DNA of 64,000 nucleotides from Candidatus Levyibacteriota bacterium (GCA_041906785.1 JAYRIM010000023.1:19-64018); one strand, 5' to 3'; numbered from the stretch's first letter, positions 1-9,867 are shown. Program-made: numbers and translations. The notes: generated by a model not told the origin, from the letters alone.

Positions 1-99
1 CATAACTCATAACTCACAACTCACAACTCATAACTCATAACTCATAACTCATAACTCATAACTCATAACTCATAACTCATAACTCATAACTCATAACTC
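1..99. repeat. Tandem heptanucleotide microsatellite (CATAACT)n, about 14 copies with two CACAACT variants, running to the window edge
   Basis: Direct reading: cataact units repeated from position 1 to about 99. The tsaC stop codon lies inside the first unit. Confidence 0.9.
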
Positions 100-672
100 C
101 AATTCTACCGCTCCTTGTCGTATTATTTTCCATGGTCTAAGAGTACAATCTATTACTGTTGAAGCCATTTTCGTTTGACATTCACCTGGAAGAACGTAAT
201 CAACCAATTTTTTAAGTTCAGGATTAAGATCTTCAAAATTATATGGGGTTTTCTCTCCATGGAAATTCGCTGAAGGACCAAGTATAGGCATTCCTAACCC
301 CCTAATTAGTGCTAAAGCTGTATCATGATTCGGCATCCTTAAACCTATTGTTTCAGTTCCACCACGAACTAAAAAGGGTACTTTTTCTATCTTACAATCA
401 AGCACAATAGTTAATGCACCTGGCCAGTATTGACTGATTAACCTTTTTTGTACATCTTCAGGAATTTCTTTCCAATACTCACCAGCCATACCTACACTTC
501 CTACGAGCACTGGTGTCGCTTGGGTTTCTGGACGCTTACGTAATGTAAATAATCGTTTAATTGAAGCTTCATTATCAATACGGCAACCTATTCCAAATGC
601 AGTATCTGTCGGATAAATGACAATACCTCCTTGTTCTAAAACTGTAATAGCTTGATGTATCTGTTCTTCCAT
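91..672 (-). CDS. tsaC: L-threonylcarbamoyladenylate synthase (YrdC/Sua5 domain)
   Basis: 193 aa. YrdC-like motifs YPTDTAFGIG and PSANFHGEK. Adjacent to tsaE. Confidence 0.8.
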   Translation of the reverse strand: MEEQIHQAITVLEQGGIVIYPTDTAFGIGCRIDNEASIKRLFTLRKRPETQATPVLVGSVGMAGEYWKEIPEDVQKRLISQYWPGALTIVLDCKIEKVPFLVRGGTETIGLRMPNHDTALALIRGLGMPILGPSANFHGEKTPYNFEDLNPELKKLVDYVLPGECQTKMASTVIDCTLRPWKIIRQGAVELEL

Positions 673-688
673 AACTTTCCTGTTGTTC

Positions 689-1147
689 CTAAGGTTCTTT
701 TATAATTTCTAGCTTTCTTTTATTCTCATCAATATATTCGAATCGTACATCAATCCTTCTTTTCGGTAAAAATTTTCCCAGTTTCTCAGGCCATTCTATG
801 AGAACAATATTTTCAGGATTATCCATCATATCTACTAATCCTAAATCACTAATTTCCCGCTCATCTGTAATCCTATATAGGTCAACATGATAAAAATTTT
901 TTATATTATTTATCATTTTTCTATTTTCTTTTTTATTTTTTATTTCGTATGTTCTTACTATGATAAATGTCGGAGAGAGTATTTTTTTCTTTATTCCCAA
1001 TCCCCTCGCAAACCCTTGTACAAATGTCGTTTTTCCGTATCCTAAATCCCCATAAAGACAGATAACGCATCCGGTTTTTAATCCTTTCGCGAAATCTGCT
1101 GCAATATTTTGCGTTTCCTGAAAATTATTTGTAGTAAACGATGTCAT
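689..1147 (-). CDS. tsaE: tRNA t6A biosynthesis ATPase TsaE (YjeE). The likely start is the internal Met; the ORF track extends to 1198.
   Basis: P-loop GDLGYGKTTF typical of TsaE. Size about 150 aa from MTSF. Confidence 0.65.
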   Translation of the reverse strand: MTSFTTNNFQETQNIAADFAKGLKTGCVICLYGDLGYGKTTFVQGFARGLGIKKKILSPTFIIVRTYEIKNKKENRKMINNIKNFYHVDLYRITDEREISDLGLVDMMDNPENIVLIEWPEKLGKFLPKRRIDVRFEYIDENKRKLEIIKEP

Positions 1148-1212
1148 GCCGAACTCGTTTCGGCATCCCCAACAGTATTGAAGGAGATCCTGAAACAAGT
1201 TCAGGATGACAA

Positions 1213-2085
1213 TTATAAAACTTTATTTTTCTTATAAGTATAGTAAGCAAGTATACCACAGACGATGAGAAAAACTCCGCCTGCTGCGATGAGCAATGTC
1301 CCAAACGACATATTTGATGCGCCAGCAGTTTGGACTGATTGAGTTGGATTTATCGTGGGTATATAGTCATACGTTGATGTTTTTTCTCCTAGAATTTGTA
1401 GATTTTTCGGTGTCACCTTAAGAGATGACTGCTTTATAGTAGGAGTAGGAATCACTTTCTTTGTAGGAATTAGTGTATTAGTAGGGCTAACAGCTTTTGT
1501 TGGACTTAAAGTAGGAGTAGGATTTTTCGTAGGAGTCGGCGTTTTCGAAGGTTCAGTAGTAGCGGTTGGCGCTTGAGTAGATGTGGGGACTACTATTCCT
1601 GTTGCATTACTTGTATTTTTACTTGGTGTCGAAAACCAAACCCACTCAGAACCTCCGTCTTGTTTGCGACCCCAAGATTGTGTCTCTTTTGTGTCATTAT
1701 ATGTGTAAGAATCTATTAACTCGCCAGATGCGCTTGATATACGAACAGTATCGTTATCATTATTTAAAGCAATATTTGTTATTGATTTATCAAATGCTAG
1801 AAATCCTTTTGCAGAGATAATCGTTCCGGATGGAAACGTATATGGATTTGAACCTCCTCCATCAATATCATCAAGCTTCCATTCTGATATATCCATAGAA
1901 ACATCTGTTGTGTTATAAATCTCAATCCATTCTGAATCTTCTGAAGATGGTCCATCCGGATTAGCAAAAATTTCATTAATGATAATGCTAGTAGCAAAGA
2001 TTGTTTTAGGAAACGCGATTAAAAAAAGGGGTATAAATAGAATAGGCAAAATTCTCTTCACATTTCTATTATAAACAAATTTCAA
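1213..2085 (-). CDS. Surface protein with N-terminal signal peptide, lamin-tail domain (LTD), Thr/Pro-rich linker and C-terminal TM plus basic tail
   Basis: Signal peptide MKFVYNRNVKRILPILFIPLFLIAF. LTD-like INEIFANPDG...EWIEIYN...ISEWKLDD. C-terminus TLLIAAGGVFLIVCGILAYYTYKKNKVL. Confidence 0.55.
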   Translation of the reverse strand: MKFVYNRNVKRILPILFIPLFLIAFPKTIFATSIIINEIFANPDGPSSEDSEWIEIYNTTDVSMDISEWKLDDIDGGGSNPYTFPSGTIISAKGFLAFDKSITNIALNNDNDTVRISSASGELIDSYTYNDTKETQSWGRKQDGGSEWVWFSTPSKNTSNATGIVVPTSTQAPTATTEPSKTPTPTKNPTPTLSPTKAVSPTNTLIPTKKVIPTPTIKQSSLKVTPKNLQILGEKTSTYDYIPTINPTQSVQTAGASNMSFGTLLIAAGGVFLIVCGILAYYTYKKNKVL

Positions 2086-2118
2086 TATATTTTTAATATT
2101 TTATTTTTAATTTTTTAT

Positions 2119-3384
2119 TTACCTAACGTGCCAATACCAAGAGACAATACCCCCACCATGATCGATAGCAACATAATTCATTGATACTCCGTTACAAGAT
2201 GCACTTCCCTTATAGAGGGTTCCATCTTTTGGTGCCTTAATAAGAGATGATGAATCAGATACCATGTCAATTCCATGATGAATGCCATCTGAATAGAACG
2301 ACTTCGCGAAACCATGAGAGCCGTATCCTTGATTTATTTTAATAGTCTCATCGAGTGGCCAGTCCCAATCTCCTGAAGGGTTAACAGCACCATAATAATC
2401 TATCTGCTCACTACCGTAATTATACGCCCAATTAGCACTGGATTTAAGATATCCTGCTGGATTTACATCCCCACCATTCACACGAACTTCGAAGTGTAGG
2501 TGAGGACCTGTTGAACAATAAGGAGCACCGCTATTACCTACTTGCGCGATAACCTGTCCTCTCGAAATTGGTGTTCCGTTTTCTAGCTTAATCGAAGAGA
2601 TGACCCCTTCAATTGTTGCTCGTTCCGCTTGTGCTGCTGCTAATAGTTGTTGATATTTACTTTCATCATTTTTTGTAACTTTTAGTAAATCTTCTTTGCT
2701 CTTTTTCTCCGTTGCAATCTGGCTATTATACGATTCAAGCTGCCCTTTTAATAATTCAATTTTCTTTTTTTGTGTCTCAAAAATATTTTTTTGGTTTGTG
2801 TAATCATTACGTGCTTGCTGTGTATCATAGAGGATACGTTTATCATTAGCCTGTGCAAGCTTAATATATGATGCTCGTTCAAAATATTCTGTGAAACTTT
2901 CTGATGAAGCGATTAACTGAGCTGTTGGGATATTTCCTAATTTATATGTTGCTACAATCCGATTTAGTAAAATTTTGGAAATTTTATCTAAAGAGCCCTC
3001 TAAATTCTTGATTTTTTTACTTGCTACATCAATATCTTTACTTATCGAATCAATTTCGTTTTGGGTTGATCGGATACGTAATTCTGTTAAAGCAATCTGG
3101 TTGTCGATAACATCTATCTGCGACTGAAGCGTTTTTTCTTTTGATTGTAAACCACTAATTTGACCTTCTAATTCTTTAATTCGTTTTTTTACGTCATCGA
3201 GTTTGGCTTGTGAATCATCTGGTGTCGGAGTTGGTGTAGGAGTACCTTCACCAGAACCTGGAGTAACGCTTATACTCTGTCCTAATGCGGGAAGATGATC
3301 GTGGCCTGAATGCGCGAAGGCTCCATGCAATGTAAGATTTAGCAAAAAAAGAATAGCTAGCAATTGTTTCAGTATGTTTTTCAT
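2119..3384 (-). CDS. Secreted coiled-coil M23 family metallopeptidase (EnvC-like murein hydrolase activator)
   Basis: Signal peptide, long coiled-coil, C-terminal M23 motif HLHFEVRVNGGDVNP. Immediately downstream of ftsEX, matching the canonical FtsEX-EnvC arrangement. Confidence 0.75.
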   Translation of the reverse strand: MKNILKQLLAILFLLNLTLHGAFAHSGHDHLPALGQSISVTPGSGEGTPTPTPTPDDSQAKLDDVKKRIKELEGQISGLQSKEKTLQSQIDVIDNQIALTELRIRSTQNEIDSISKDIDVASKKIKNLEGSLDKISKILLNRIVATYKLGNIPTAQLIASSESFTEYFERASYIKLAQANDKRILYDTQQARNDYTNQKNIFETQKKKIELLKGQLESYNSQIATEKKSKEDLLKVTKNDESKYQQLLAAAQAERATIEGVISSIKLENGTPISRGQVIAQVGNSGAPYCSTGPHLHFEVRVNGGDVNPAGYLKSSANWAYNYGSEQIDYYGAVNPSGDWDWPLDETIKINQGYGSHGFAKSFYSDGIHHGIDMVSDSSSLIKAPKDGTLYKGSASCNGVSMNYVAIDHGGGIVSWYWHVR

Positions 3385-3397
3385 AATGAATAAACAA

Positions 3398-4270
3398 CTA
3401 TTGTTTTAAGTATCGTATAGCTGCCAAGATGCTCGAAAATGTACCGAGCAGTACGGCTACGAGAATTTCCATTCCCAATAACCAGAAAAAGAAAAGAGGA
3501 GATATAGGAAACAGAGGAATTCCGGGTGGCAGTTGTGATTTTATAAACGGTTCTAAATATATCAACCCTCCTGAGGCAAATCCCCAACCAAGTATAGCTC
3601 CAATTACACCGTAAAAAACGCCTTCATAAATAAACGGCCAGCGAATATACCAATTCGTAGCGCTCAACAGTTTTAAGACCTCGATTTCTTTTCGTTTTCG
3701 AGAAATCTTCATACTGATAATAAGCATAATAAGAAATACTGCATCTACTGCAAGAATCACACTTGCTACTGCTCCTACCTGTCGTAATACATTTGTCACT
3801 CGGGCAAATCCTTCCACAGCCTCTTTCGGAAAATCAACCTCTGAAACTATTGAAGATCCTTTTAATTTTTTAGCGATAGCTTCTTGATCCATAAGAGTAT
3901 TTGTAGCAATTTCAAATGATGCAGGGAGGATATCAGGTGTAACAAACTCTAACATAAGAGGATCATCCTTAAACAGCTCTTTATATCGCTTAAAAGCTTT
4001 CTCTTTATCAACATAGACGATATTTCGAACTTTTCCCGAAGCCTGCAGTTCTTTTTCTAATACTTGAATTTCTTCTATTTTCGCCTCATCGGTAAAAAAT
4101 GCGCGTAACTGCGGAAGTGACTCATAATATCTAATAACAATAAATGAACCAATCAATAAAAACGTGAATGCAGAAAGAACGAAGAACGTCTGCATCATGA
4201 TAAATATTGCAGCTATTGCTTGATATGGTGATCGTCGTATATGTGTCCATGCTGTACTAAGCGCGTTCAT
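3398..4270 (-). CDS. ftsX: Cell division permease FtsX
   Basis: 290 aa, 4-TM FtsX topology with an extracytoplasmic loop. Overlaps the ftsE stop by 4 nt. Confidence 0.8.
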   Translation of the reverse strand: MNALSTAWTHIRRSPYQAIAAIFIMMQTFFVLSAFTFLLIGSFIVIRYYESLPQLRAFFTDEAKIEEIQVLEKELQASGKVRNIVYVDKEKAFKRYKELFKDDPLMLEFVTPDILPASFEIATNTLMDQEAIAKKLKGSSIVSEVDFPKEAVEGFARVTNVLRQVGAVASVILAVDAVFLIMLIISMKISRKRKEIEVLKLLSATNWYIRWPFIYEGVFYGVIGAILGWGFASGGLIYLEPFIKSQLPPGIPLFPISPLFFFWLLGMEILVAVLLGTFSSILAAIRYLKQ

Positions 4271-5043
4271 TCTTTTTCCTCCTTTTCATGCTTTTTATCA
4301 TGAGATCCAGTGTGGGATTTTTTTTCCTTATGCTCCTCTTCGTCTTTTTTCTCCTCATCTGCCTTCTTTTCAGATTTCTTCGCTGGAACATCACTTACTA
4401 TTTTCCCTTTCTCTAATGTCACAACACGTTTTCCTAAACTTTTAACTATGTCTGTATTATGTGTTGCCATAAGAACTGTTGTTCCGGCTGCATTAATATC
4501 TTGTAATAATTTTACAATTTCCCATGAGGTTACAGAATCAAGATTTCCTGTTGGTTCATCAGCCAATAAAATTTTGGGTGTAAAAATTATTGCACGTGCT
4601 ATAGCTACTCTTTGTAATTCTCCACCTGATAATTGAACAGGAAATTTTTGTTTGTGTTCCAATATACCTACTTGGCTAAGAACCTCTTCAGCACGAACGT
4701 TTGCAGCTTTACTTTCCATGCCAGCTATGTAAAGAGGTAATACGATATTCTCAAAAATCGTTCTATCGGTAAGAAGTTTTAAATCTTGGAATACAACTCC
4801 TATTTCTCGTCTTAAATGAGGAATCTTTCCTTTTGCTAATTTACTCGTATTCATTTCATTCACTGTAACAGTACCAGTAGTAGGAAGAATATCTCTGATA
4901 AGAAGTCTGAAAAAAGTGGTTTTCCCTGAACCCGATGGGCCTACTAGAAAAACGAACTCTCCATTTTCAATAGTTAGAGTGACATCTGTAAGTGCAGACT
5001 CTCCAGTACCAAATGTTTTTGTGACATTTTCTAATGTAATCAT
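4267..5043 (-). CDS. ftsE: Cell division ABC ATPase FtsE with a Lys/Glu-rich C-terminal tail
   Basis: Walker A GPSGSGKTT, ABC signature LSGGELQRVAIARA, Walker B LLADEPTGNLD. Confidence 0.85.
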   Translation of the reverse strand: MITLENVTKTFGTGESALTDVTLTIENGEFVFLVGPSGSGKTTFFRLLIRDILPTTGTVTVNEMNTSKLAKGKIPHLRREIGVVFQDLKLLTDRTIFENIVLPLYIAGMESKAANVRAEEVLSQVGILEHKQKFPVQLSGGELQRVAIARAIIFTPKILLADEPTGNLDSVTSWEIVKLLQDINAAGTTVLMATHNTDIVKSLGKRVVTLEKGKIVSDVPAKKSEKKADEEKKDEEEHKEKKSHTGSHDKKHEKEEKE

Positions 5044-5087
5044 GGATTTAGTAGTTTTATTATGAACGAGGTGCTCTGTAACTCTTA

Positions 5088-5558
5088 TTATTCAACGACT
5101 TGTACTCTTCCCACATCCATAAGCCACCCTGCCTTTTCAGCTTTTTGGGTTTGTCCCCATACTTTTACCTTCCGATTTACAAATTGAGAGAGATCAACAA
5201 GAGAAGAGGTCAAATAAACAAATCGAGCAGGACCTCCATCTCTTTCTAAATGATATTCTCCTTCCCCTTCAATTCCCCCTGGTTTTAATACTCCTTCAGG
5301 TACTTCATGCATCTTAAAAGTTTTTTCGTCCTGTTCACCATATATTTTCCCTTTTTCTACTGCTGAATTATTCATTAATTTACCGACCAAGCCCGACCCT
5401 CCATTTGTATTACTTCCTTGAGCCAAAAAATATCCTGTGCCAATACCGAGGAGACTGATAACAAAAAGAAGAATAGCTACTTTAGTCAGAGGAAAAGGAG
5501 CTCCATTAGTAAGATTATGCATGATAGGGCTTGTTTGTTGTTTCGCTTGCGTATCCAT
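5088..5558 (-). CDS. Hypothetical membrane-anchored protein
   Basis: 156 aa ORF with a single N-terminal TM (VAILLFVISLLGIGTGYFLA). Downstream of the sortase gene on the same strand. No recognisable domain. Confidence 0.4.
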   Translation of the reverse strand: MDTQAKQQTSPIMHNLTNGAPFPLTKVAILLFVISLLGIGTGYFLAQGSNTNGGSGLVGKLMNNSAVEKGKIYGEQDEKTFKMHEVPEGVLKPGGIEGEGEYHLERDGGPARFVYLTSSLVDLSQFVNRKVKVWGQTQKAEKAGWLMDVGRVQVVE

Positions 5559-5619
5559 GGCAGTCGGGCTACTCTAGTAAAGCACATTTCCAAATTTTTG
5601 GCAACCTAAAAAATGAGTT

Positions 5620-6351
5620 TTAATTCATTATCTGTGCCTTAATGATAAGACGTTTCCAAACCGTTCCTGGAGGAGTACAGGTAATAATCGTAATGAAGCT
5701 ATCTGTTCTATCCTGTTCGAGAACTGAAACATCATCTGGTGTCGTAATATGTGTGTCAATAATTTTATAGTTATATTCTTTTTTACCTATTTTTACTGAA
5801 AATGTGTCTTCTTTACTTAAGGTGTGTGCGTTAGCAAAAATAGTTGTATAGTTCTTCGCATCGAATAGTTGAGGCAGTGTCGAATGACCAAATATAACAG
5901 TATTCCCTTTAAAAGGTGGCAGAGGTGTACCGTAATACTGCACTAAATGCTTTGATAAATCAGTGTCTTGTGTCGCGACTACTGCATCTTCTATACCAAG
6001 CTTTGGAATGGTAATAGAGTAAAACGTTACCGAAGGAAGTTCCGTATGCTTTACAGGGTAAAGTAAATACCATTCTTTTTTATCTCCATCATCCTCGGCG
6101 GATAGAACAGTTTTCTTTTTCGCAGCATTTACTTTATTTAATGTAGTTAGAAAAGATTCAGGTAATGGACTCGTTACTGTTGCAAGTGCAGGTTGGAAAA
6201 TAAAATTCCAAAGCATAAGAGGCATACTAAAATAAAAAAGCATACCAATACCTAAACAAGTAAGCAATAATCCGCTTAGTTTCATGCTTTTCTGAACCTG
6301 AGCTGCTTTCTTATGTGATTTTCTAATATGTTTATAATAATACCTTCTCAT
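5620..6351 (-). CDS. Sortase-family transpeptidase, membrane anchored
   Basis: N-terminal basic stretch plus TM. Conserved His (FGHSTLP), TLxTC-like catalytic Cys motif (ITIITCTPPGT) and Arg (WKRLIIKA). Paralog of 54801-55532. Confidence 0.7.
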   Translation of the reverse strand: MRRYYYKHIRKSHKKAAQVQKSMKLSGLLLTCLGIGMLFYFSMPLMLWNFIFQPALATVTSPLPESFLTTLNKVNAAKKKTVLSAEDDGDKKEWYLLYPVKHTELPSVTFYSITIPKLGIEDAVVATQDTDLSKHLVQYYGTPLPPFKGNTVIFGHSTLPQLFDAKNYTTIFANAHTLSKEDTFSVKIGKKEYNYKIIDTHITTPDDVSVLEQDRTDSFITIITCTPPGTVWKRLIIKAQIMN

Positions 6352-6429
6352 TTTTAATAAGTCTCTTTTATAGTAGCTGAATTTATGACTATTGGAAAGA
6401 AATTGAGTGAAAGTAACACAATCACAGGA

Positions 6430-7779
6430 TTACCAGAGGAAAATAACAACGAAGGAACCGATGAGTGCAATTGCACTTCCTACGATAGTCATTGTTACCA
6501 CATCATCAGCTAAACCAGTCGGTGGTAATGATTTCAACGGTGTTGGGGTAGGGGTACCTGGTTTTCCTGGTTGTGTCACAAATGGTGTAGCAGTGCTCCC
6601 CGGAGGAGGTGTTCCACCACCACCACCAAGTGTGATAGTTACTTTACATGAATCTCCACTGTAATTATTTTGGTTATCCTGGAAAGTAACAGTCGCAGTG
6701 TATGTCCCATTATTTTTATATGTATGTGCTTTTTGTAAATTAATTGTTCCTGTCCCTAATCCTCCTCCTACGGTTTCTGTTTCTGCCGGACCATCACCGA
6801 AATTAAAGATAGCTTTTGTGATGACTCCATCAGGATCATTCCCAATAGCTGTGAAGGTGAGAGAATATGGTGCGATACCGCTTGTCGAGCGATCAACATT
6901 CAAAGCTGTGCAGGAAGGTGATTTTAATACTTGGGAAGGTCCAGGTGTTGCTGTCGGCGCGTTACAACATGTACTTGTTGATGGATTATCAGAACATGCA
7001 GTTTGGTAGTTGGGCATTGAGCAGTAACTCTGGCCATTTCTCGCCTGTATACAAATCAGACCAGCATCACAAGGATTTGATGTACTGCAACCTCTTGAAG
7101 CACAAGATCCAGGTACAGGAGTGGGTGTAGCCGTCGGAACAGGTGTAGCTGTCGGTGCAGGACATGTTCCTTCTGCTGAACCACGTGGTCCTTCTCCACA
7201 TCGATTTTCGGCTTTTACGTCACATGTGTATTTCTTTCCAGGTTCTGCAGGGAAAACAAATTCTGTCACCGGATGACTGACTGTTCCCTCTTTTATAACT
7301 TTTCCATCACCATCTTTTACAACAACGTTATATTGTGTTGTATTCGCTGTCGCATCCCATGTACATCGTGCTTGTTTAACTTCACATGTACGAACTCCAT
7401 CACATGATAATGCAGCATACGCAGCTCCTATTTTTCTCCCATCTTCATTAAATTCCAATGTCCCTGCTGATACGCTTTTCTTTCCTGTAGGTATTTTTCC
7501 GCTGACAGTCAAACCTGGACCGACCAGACCTAGCTGAACTTCTTCACCTGTTTGTAAATCTTTTACAGAAACATTAACTTTTTCAGTTCCTGTATTTCTA
7601 TAATTAAATGCTATATCGACTGTGCTAGATCCAGAACAGACAGTTTGCGCGCTATGATCAACACTCGTTGCCCTTTGACGAAGATCTTGTTGTTGCTGTA
7701 GTAAGAATACAATAACAGCTAATCCTACTGCTATGATTAGACCAAATAGTACTTTTTGTGATAATTTTATCGTCTTCAT
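6430..7779 (-). CDS. Cys-rich surface protein with N-terminal signal anchor plus QQQQDLRQRA motif, PKD-like domain and C-terminal LPPTG plus hydrophobic segment. Probably starts at the second Met; the ORF track extends to 7791.
   Basis: C-terminus KSLPPTGLADDVVTMTIVGSAIALIGSFVVIFLW. PKD-like YSLTFTAIGNDPDGVITKAIFNFGDGP...HTYKNNGTYTATV. Immediately upstream of the sortase gene. Confidence 0.6.
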   Translation of the reverse strand: MKTIKLSQKVLFGLIIAVGLAVIVFLLQQQQDLRQRATSVDHSAQTVCSGSSTVDIAFNYRNTGTEKVNVSVKDLQTGEEVQLGLVGPGLTVSGKIPTGKKSVSAGTLEFNEDGRKIGAAYAALSCDGVRTCEVKQARCTWDATANTTQYNVVVKDGDGKVIKEGTVSHPVTEFVFPAEPGKKYTCDVKAENRCGEGPRGSAEGTCPAPTATPVPTATPTPVPGSCASRGCSTSNPCDAGLICIQARNGQSYCSMPNYQTACSDNPSTSTCCNAPTATPGPSQVLKSPSCTALNVDRSTSGIAPYSLTFTAIGNDPDGVITKAIFNFGDGPAETETVGGGLGTGTINLQKAHTYKNNGTYTATVTFQDNQNNYSGDSCKVTITLGGGGGTPPPGSTATPFVTQPGKPGTPTPTPLKSLPPTGLADDVVTMTIVGSAIALIGSFVVIFLW

Positions 7780-7780
7780 A

Positions 7781-8638
7781 TTATTGTTCACAGAATGGAC
7801 ATTCTATTTTCACATTTAATACACGTTCTGGAATAGGACAACTCGTGATACTTGGTGTCGGTATTTCTAGCGTTGGCGCTGGTGTTTCAGTCGGCTGTGG
7901 CGTCGGCGTACGAGTCGGACGCGGTGACAGACTTGGTGTTGCTGATGGTCCACGAGTAGGTGTTAATGTCGGTCTCGGTGTCGGTGTTCGAGTTGGCCGA
8001 GGCGTTGGTGTACGTGTTGGACCCGGTGTCGGTGTAGCGCTAGGTCTTGTGGTAGGAGTCAATGTAGGAGGTTGCCCTACACCAGTGGGTGTAATGGTTG
8101 GCCGTGGAGTTGGCGTTACAGTTGGCAACGGAGTTGCTGTTGGACGAGGTGTCGGCGTAGCAGTCGGCCTGGGTGTTGGTGTAGGAGTTTCAGTTGGAAA
8201 AATTCTTTCTTCCGGAGTTGGTGTAGCCGTGGGAGGTGCAGGAGTTGGAGTATCGGCTGGTGTTCCCATACAAGATGTCATTGTTCCACAATTATTTATT
8301 GATCCAATAAATCCAGGTCCCCCCTCACATACAGGACATGGTTTTTCAACCGGATTTTCCCCTTGCCCCATACATATAAGAGAACAACCATTCGGATAGA
8401 ATTCTGGAAAATCAGTTTTACAAGTTAGATCATGATTTGCTCCCTCAATTGGCTGAGGAGTTCCATTAATACATATATATCCAGGATGTGTATTCTCTTC
8501 TGCACGTTGCCGGAGGTCTTGGTTTTGCTTAACTAAAGAAAGTATTATTGGAATACCGACGAGTAAAGCTACAACAATACCTAATAATGCAGGATTTTTT
8601 GTAAAATATGCTTTCAGTCTCGATATAATGCTTCCCAT
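7781..8638 (-). CDS. Cys-rich secreted/surface protein with long (TPTPRPT)n proline-threonine repeat region
   Basis: N-terminal TM plus [12 protein letters not shown] motif shared with 6430-7779 and 39393-40598. About 130 aa of TP(R)-rich repeats. Terminal CPFCEQ. Confidence 0.5.
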   Translation of the reverse strand: MGSIISRLKAYFTKNPALLGIVVALLVGIPIILSLVKQNQDLRQRAEENTHPGYICINGTPQPIEGANHDLTCKTDFPEFYPNGCSLICMGQGENPVEKPCPVCEGGPGFIGSINNCGTMTSCMGTPADTPTPAPPTATPTPEERIFPTETPTPTPRPTATPTPRPTATPLPTVTPTPRPTITPTGVGQPPTLTPTTRPSATPTPGPTRTPTPRPTRTPTPRPTLTPTRGPSATPSLSPRPTRTPTPQPTETPAPTLEIPTPSITSCPIPERVLNVKIECPFCEQ

Positions 8639-8700
8639 AGAAAAAACTACCTATTTCTACTATAGAGCGAGTTTTCACAGAAATGCAAGAGCAAAATATA

Positions 8701-9867
8701 TTAATGACCAACTTTTGCTTTGTGTTTTGCAAAAAAGAATGCGGGAATAGTTGCTACTACTGCAAAACATGCTGAAAGATAAAACGCATATACTATTCCA
8801 TAGGTATCTGAAATTAAACCAAGTAAAATAGGAGAAACTGTCGTAGCAATATTCGTAAAAAGAGAATGTATACCAAATGCCTTTTCGTGATTTTCCTGGT
8901 CCTCAACAGATTGCGAAACAAGCGTTTGTGCTACCGGTACAGTTCCTTTAGTCAATGCTCCTAACATAATCGAGACAATTATAATTAATGGCAATAATGA
9001 CGCTGAACTCAGAATAACAATTAATAAAGCCATACTTATTTCTGAAAGAACAAATACTTTAATTCCTCCATATCTATCTACAAATCTACCAAGGAGCGTT
9101 TTCCCAACAAAGTTACCAATAAAAAAAGCCGCTGTAAAAGAACCAAGAAATGATAGTTGAATTCCTTTTGTAAGTAAAAGAAATGGCAAGAAAACGAACA
9201 GGGATGAACTTGCAAAAGAATCTAAAACTCCTGTTATTGATGCTAGAAGAAACCCTTTATGTCGAAGTAAATATCTATATGAGTTTTCTAGAGTAACTTG
9301 TTTTTTTTCTTCAATTTGATCATTTTTAGAAATATGGAAAAAGTAAAGGTAGCAAAAAACAAGAATTGCAACCAAACCGTATAATAAAGAAGTTGAACGC
9401 CAACCGATATAGGCAATAATAAATGTTAAACTAGCTGCTATACCAATACGTCCTATATCACCAATCGCAGTAAAATTACCCATTTGCCTTCCACGCGATT
9501 CTTTGTCTGACCACTTCGAGATAAGTGCGAATGCAATCGGATGAAAAACGCCAAAACCGATGCTGCCGAGTAGAAAAGTTAAAAAAAGTATAGGAAACGC
9601 TCTTGCCATGCTAGTTGTAATATAACCAAAAGCATATATAGATAAAGCATACACAAGGATTTTAAATCCACCATATTTTGCTGCAATATGACTTGAAGGT
9701 AATGCAAGCAGTATTCCAGACAAGCCCATGATCCCACCTAACATTCCAACTTCAGTAAGAGTTATTGATAAATCTTTTTCAATAAAAGGTAAAAGGAGAA
9801 GAAAACTTGCCTGAAATCCGTCATTAAGAATATGCAAAATATTGAGAAAGAGAAGGTTAGCTTTCAT
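8701..9867 (-). CDS. MFS family transporter
   Basis: 388 aa, about 12 predicted TM helices, MFS-like loop GRQMGNFTAIGDIGRIG. Start overlaps the prfB stop (ATGA). Confidence 0.65.
   Translation of the reverse strand: MKANLLFLNILHILNDGFQASFLLLLPFIEKDLSITLTEVGMLGGIMGLSGILLALPSSHIAAKYGGFKILVYALSIYAFGYITTSMARAFPILFLTFLLGSIGFGVFHPIAFALISKWSDKESRGRQMGNFTAIGDIGRIGIAASLTFIIAYIGWRSTSLLYGLVAILVFCYLYFFHISKNDQIEEKKQVTLENSYRYLLRHKGFLLASITGVLDSFASSSLFVFLPFLLLTKGIQLSFLGSFTAAFFIGNFVGKTLLGRFVDRYGGIKVFVLSEISMALLIVILSSASLLPLIIIVSIMLGALTKGTVPVAQTLVSQSVEDQENHEKAFGIHSLFTNIATTVSPILLGLISDTYGIVYAFYLSACFAVVATIPAFFFAKHKAKVGH

Noticed and set aside
1-99. CRISPR array
   Set aside because: The repeats are contiguous 7-nt units with no spacers. 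The same holds for the heptamer arrays at 34984-35011 and 61663-61770. No cas genes are present.
7758-8399. 213-aa GV-rich ORF on the plus strand
   Set aside because: It is the antisense mirror of the (TPTPRPT)n repeat-coding region of 7781-8638. Its low-complexity Gly/Val composition is an artefact of reading ACN/CCN repeats in reverse.
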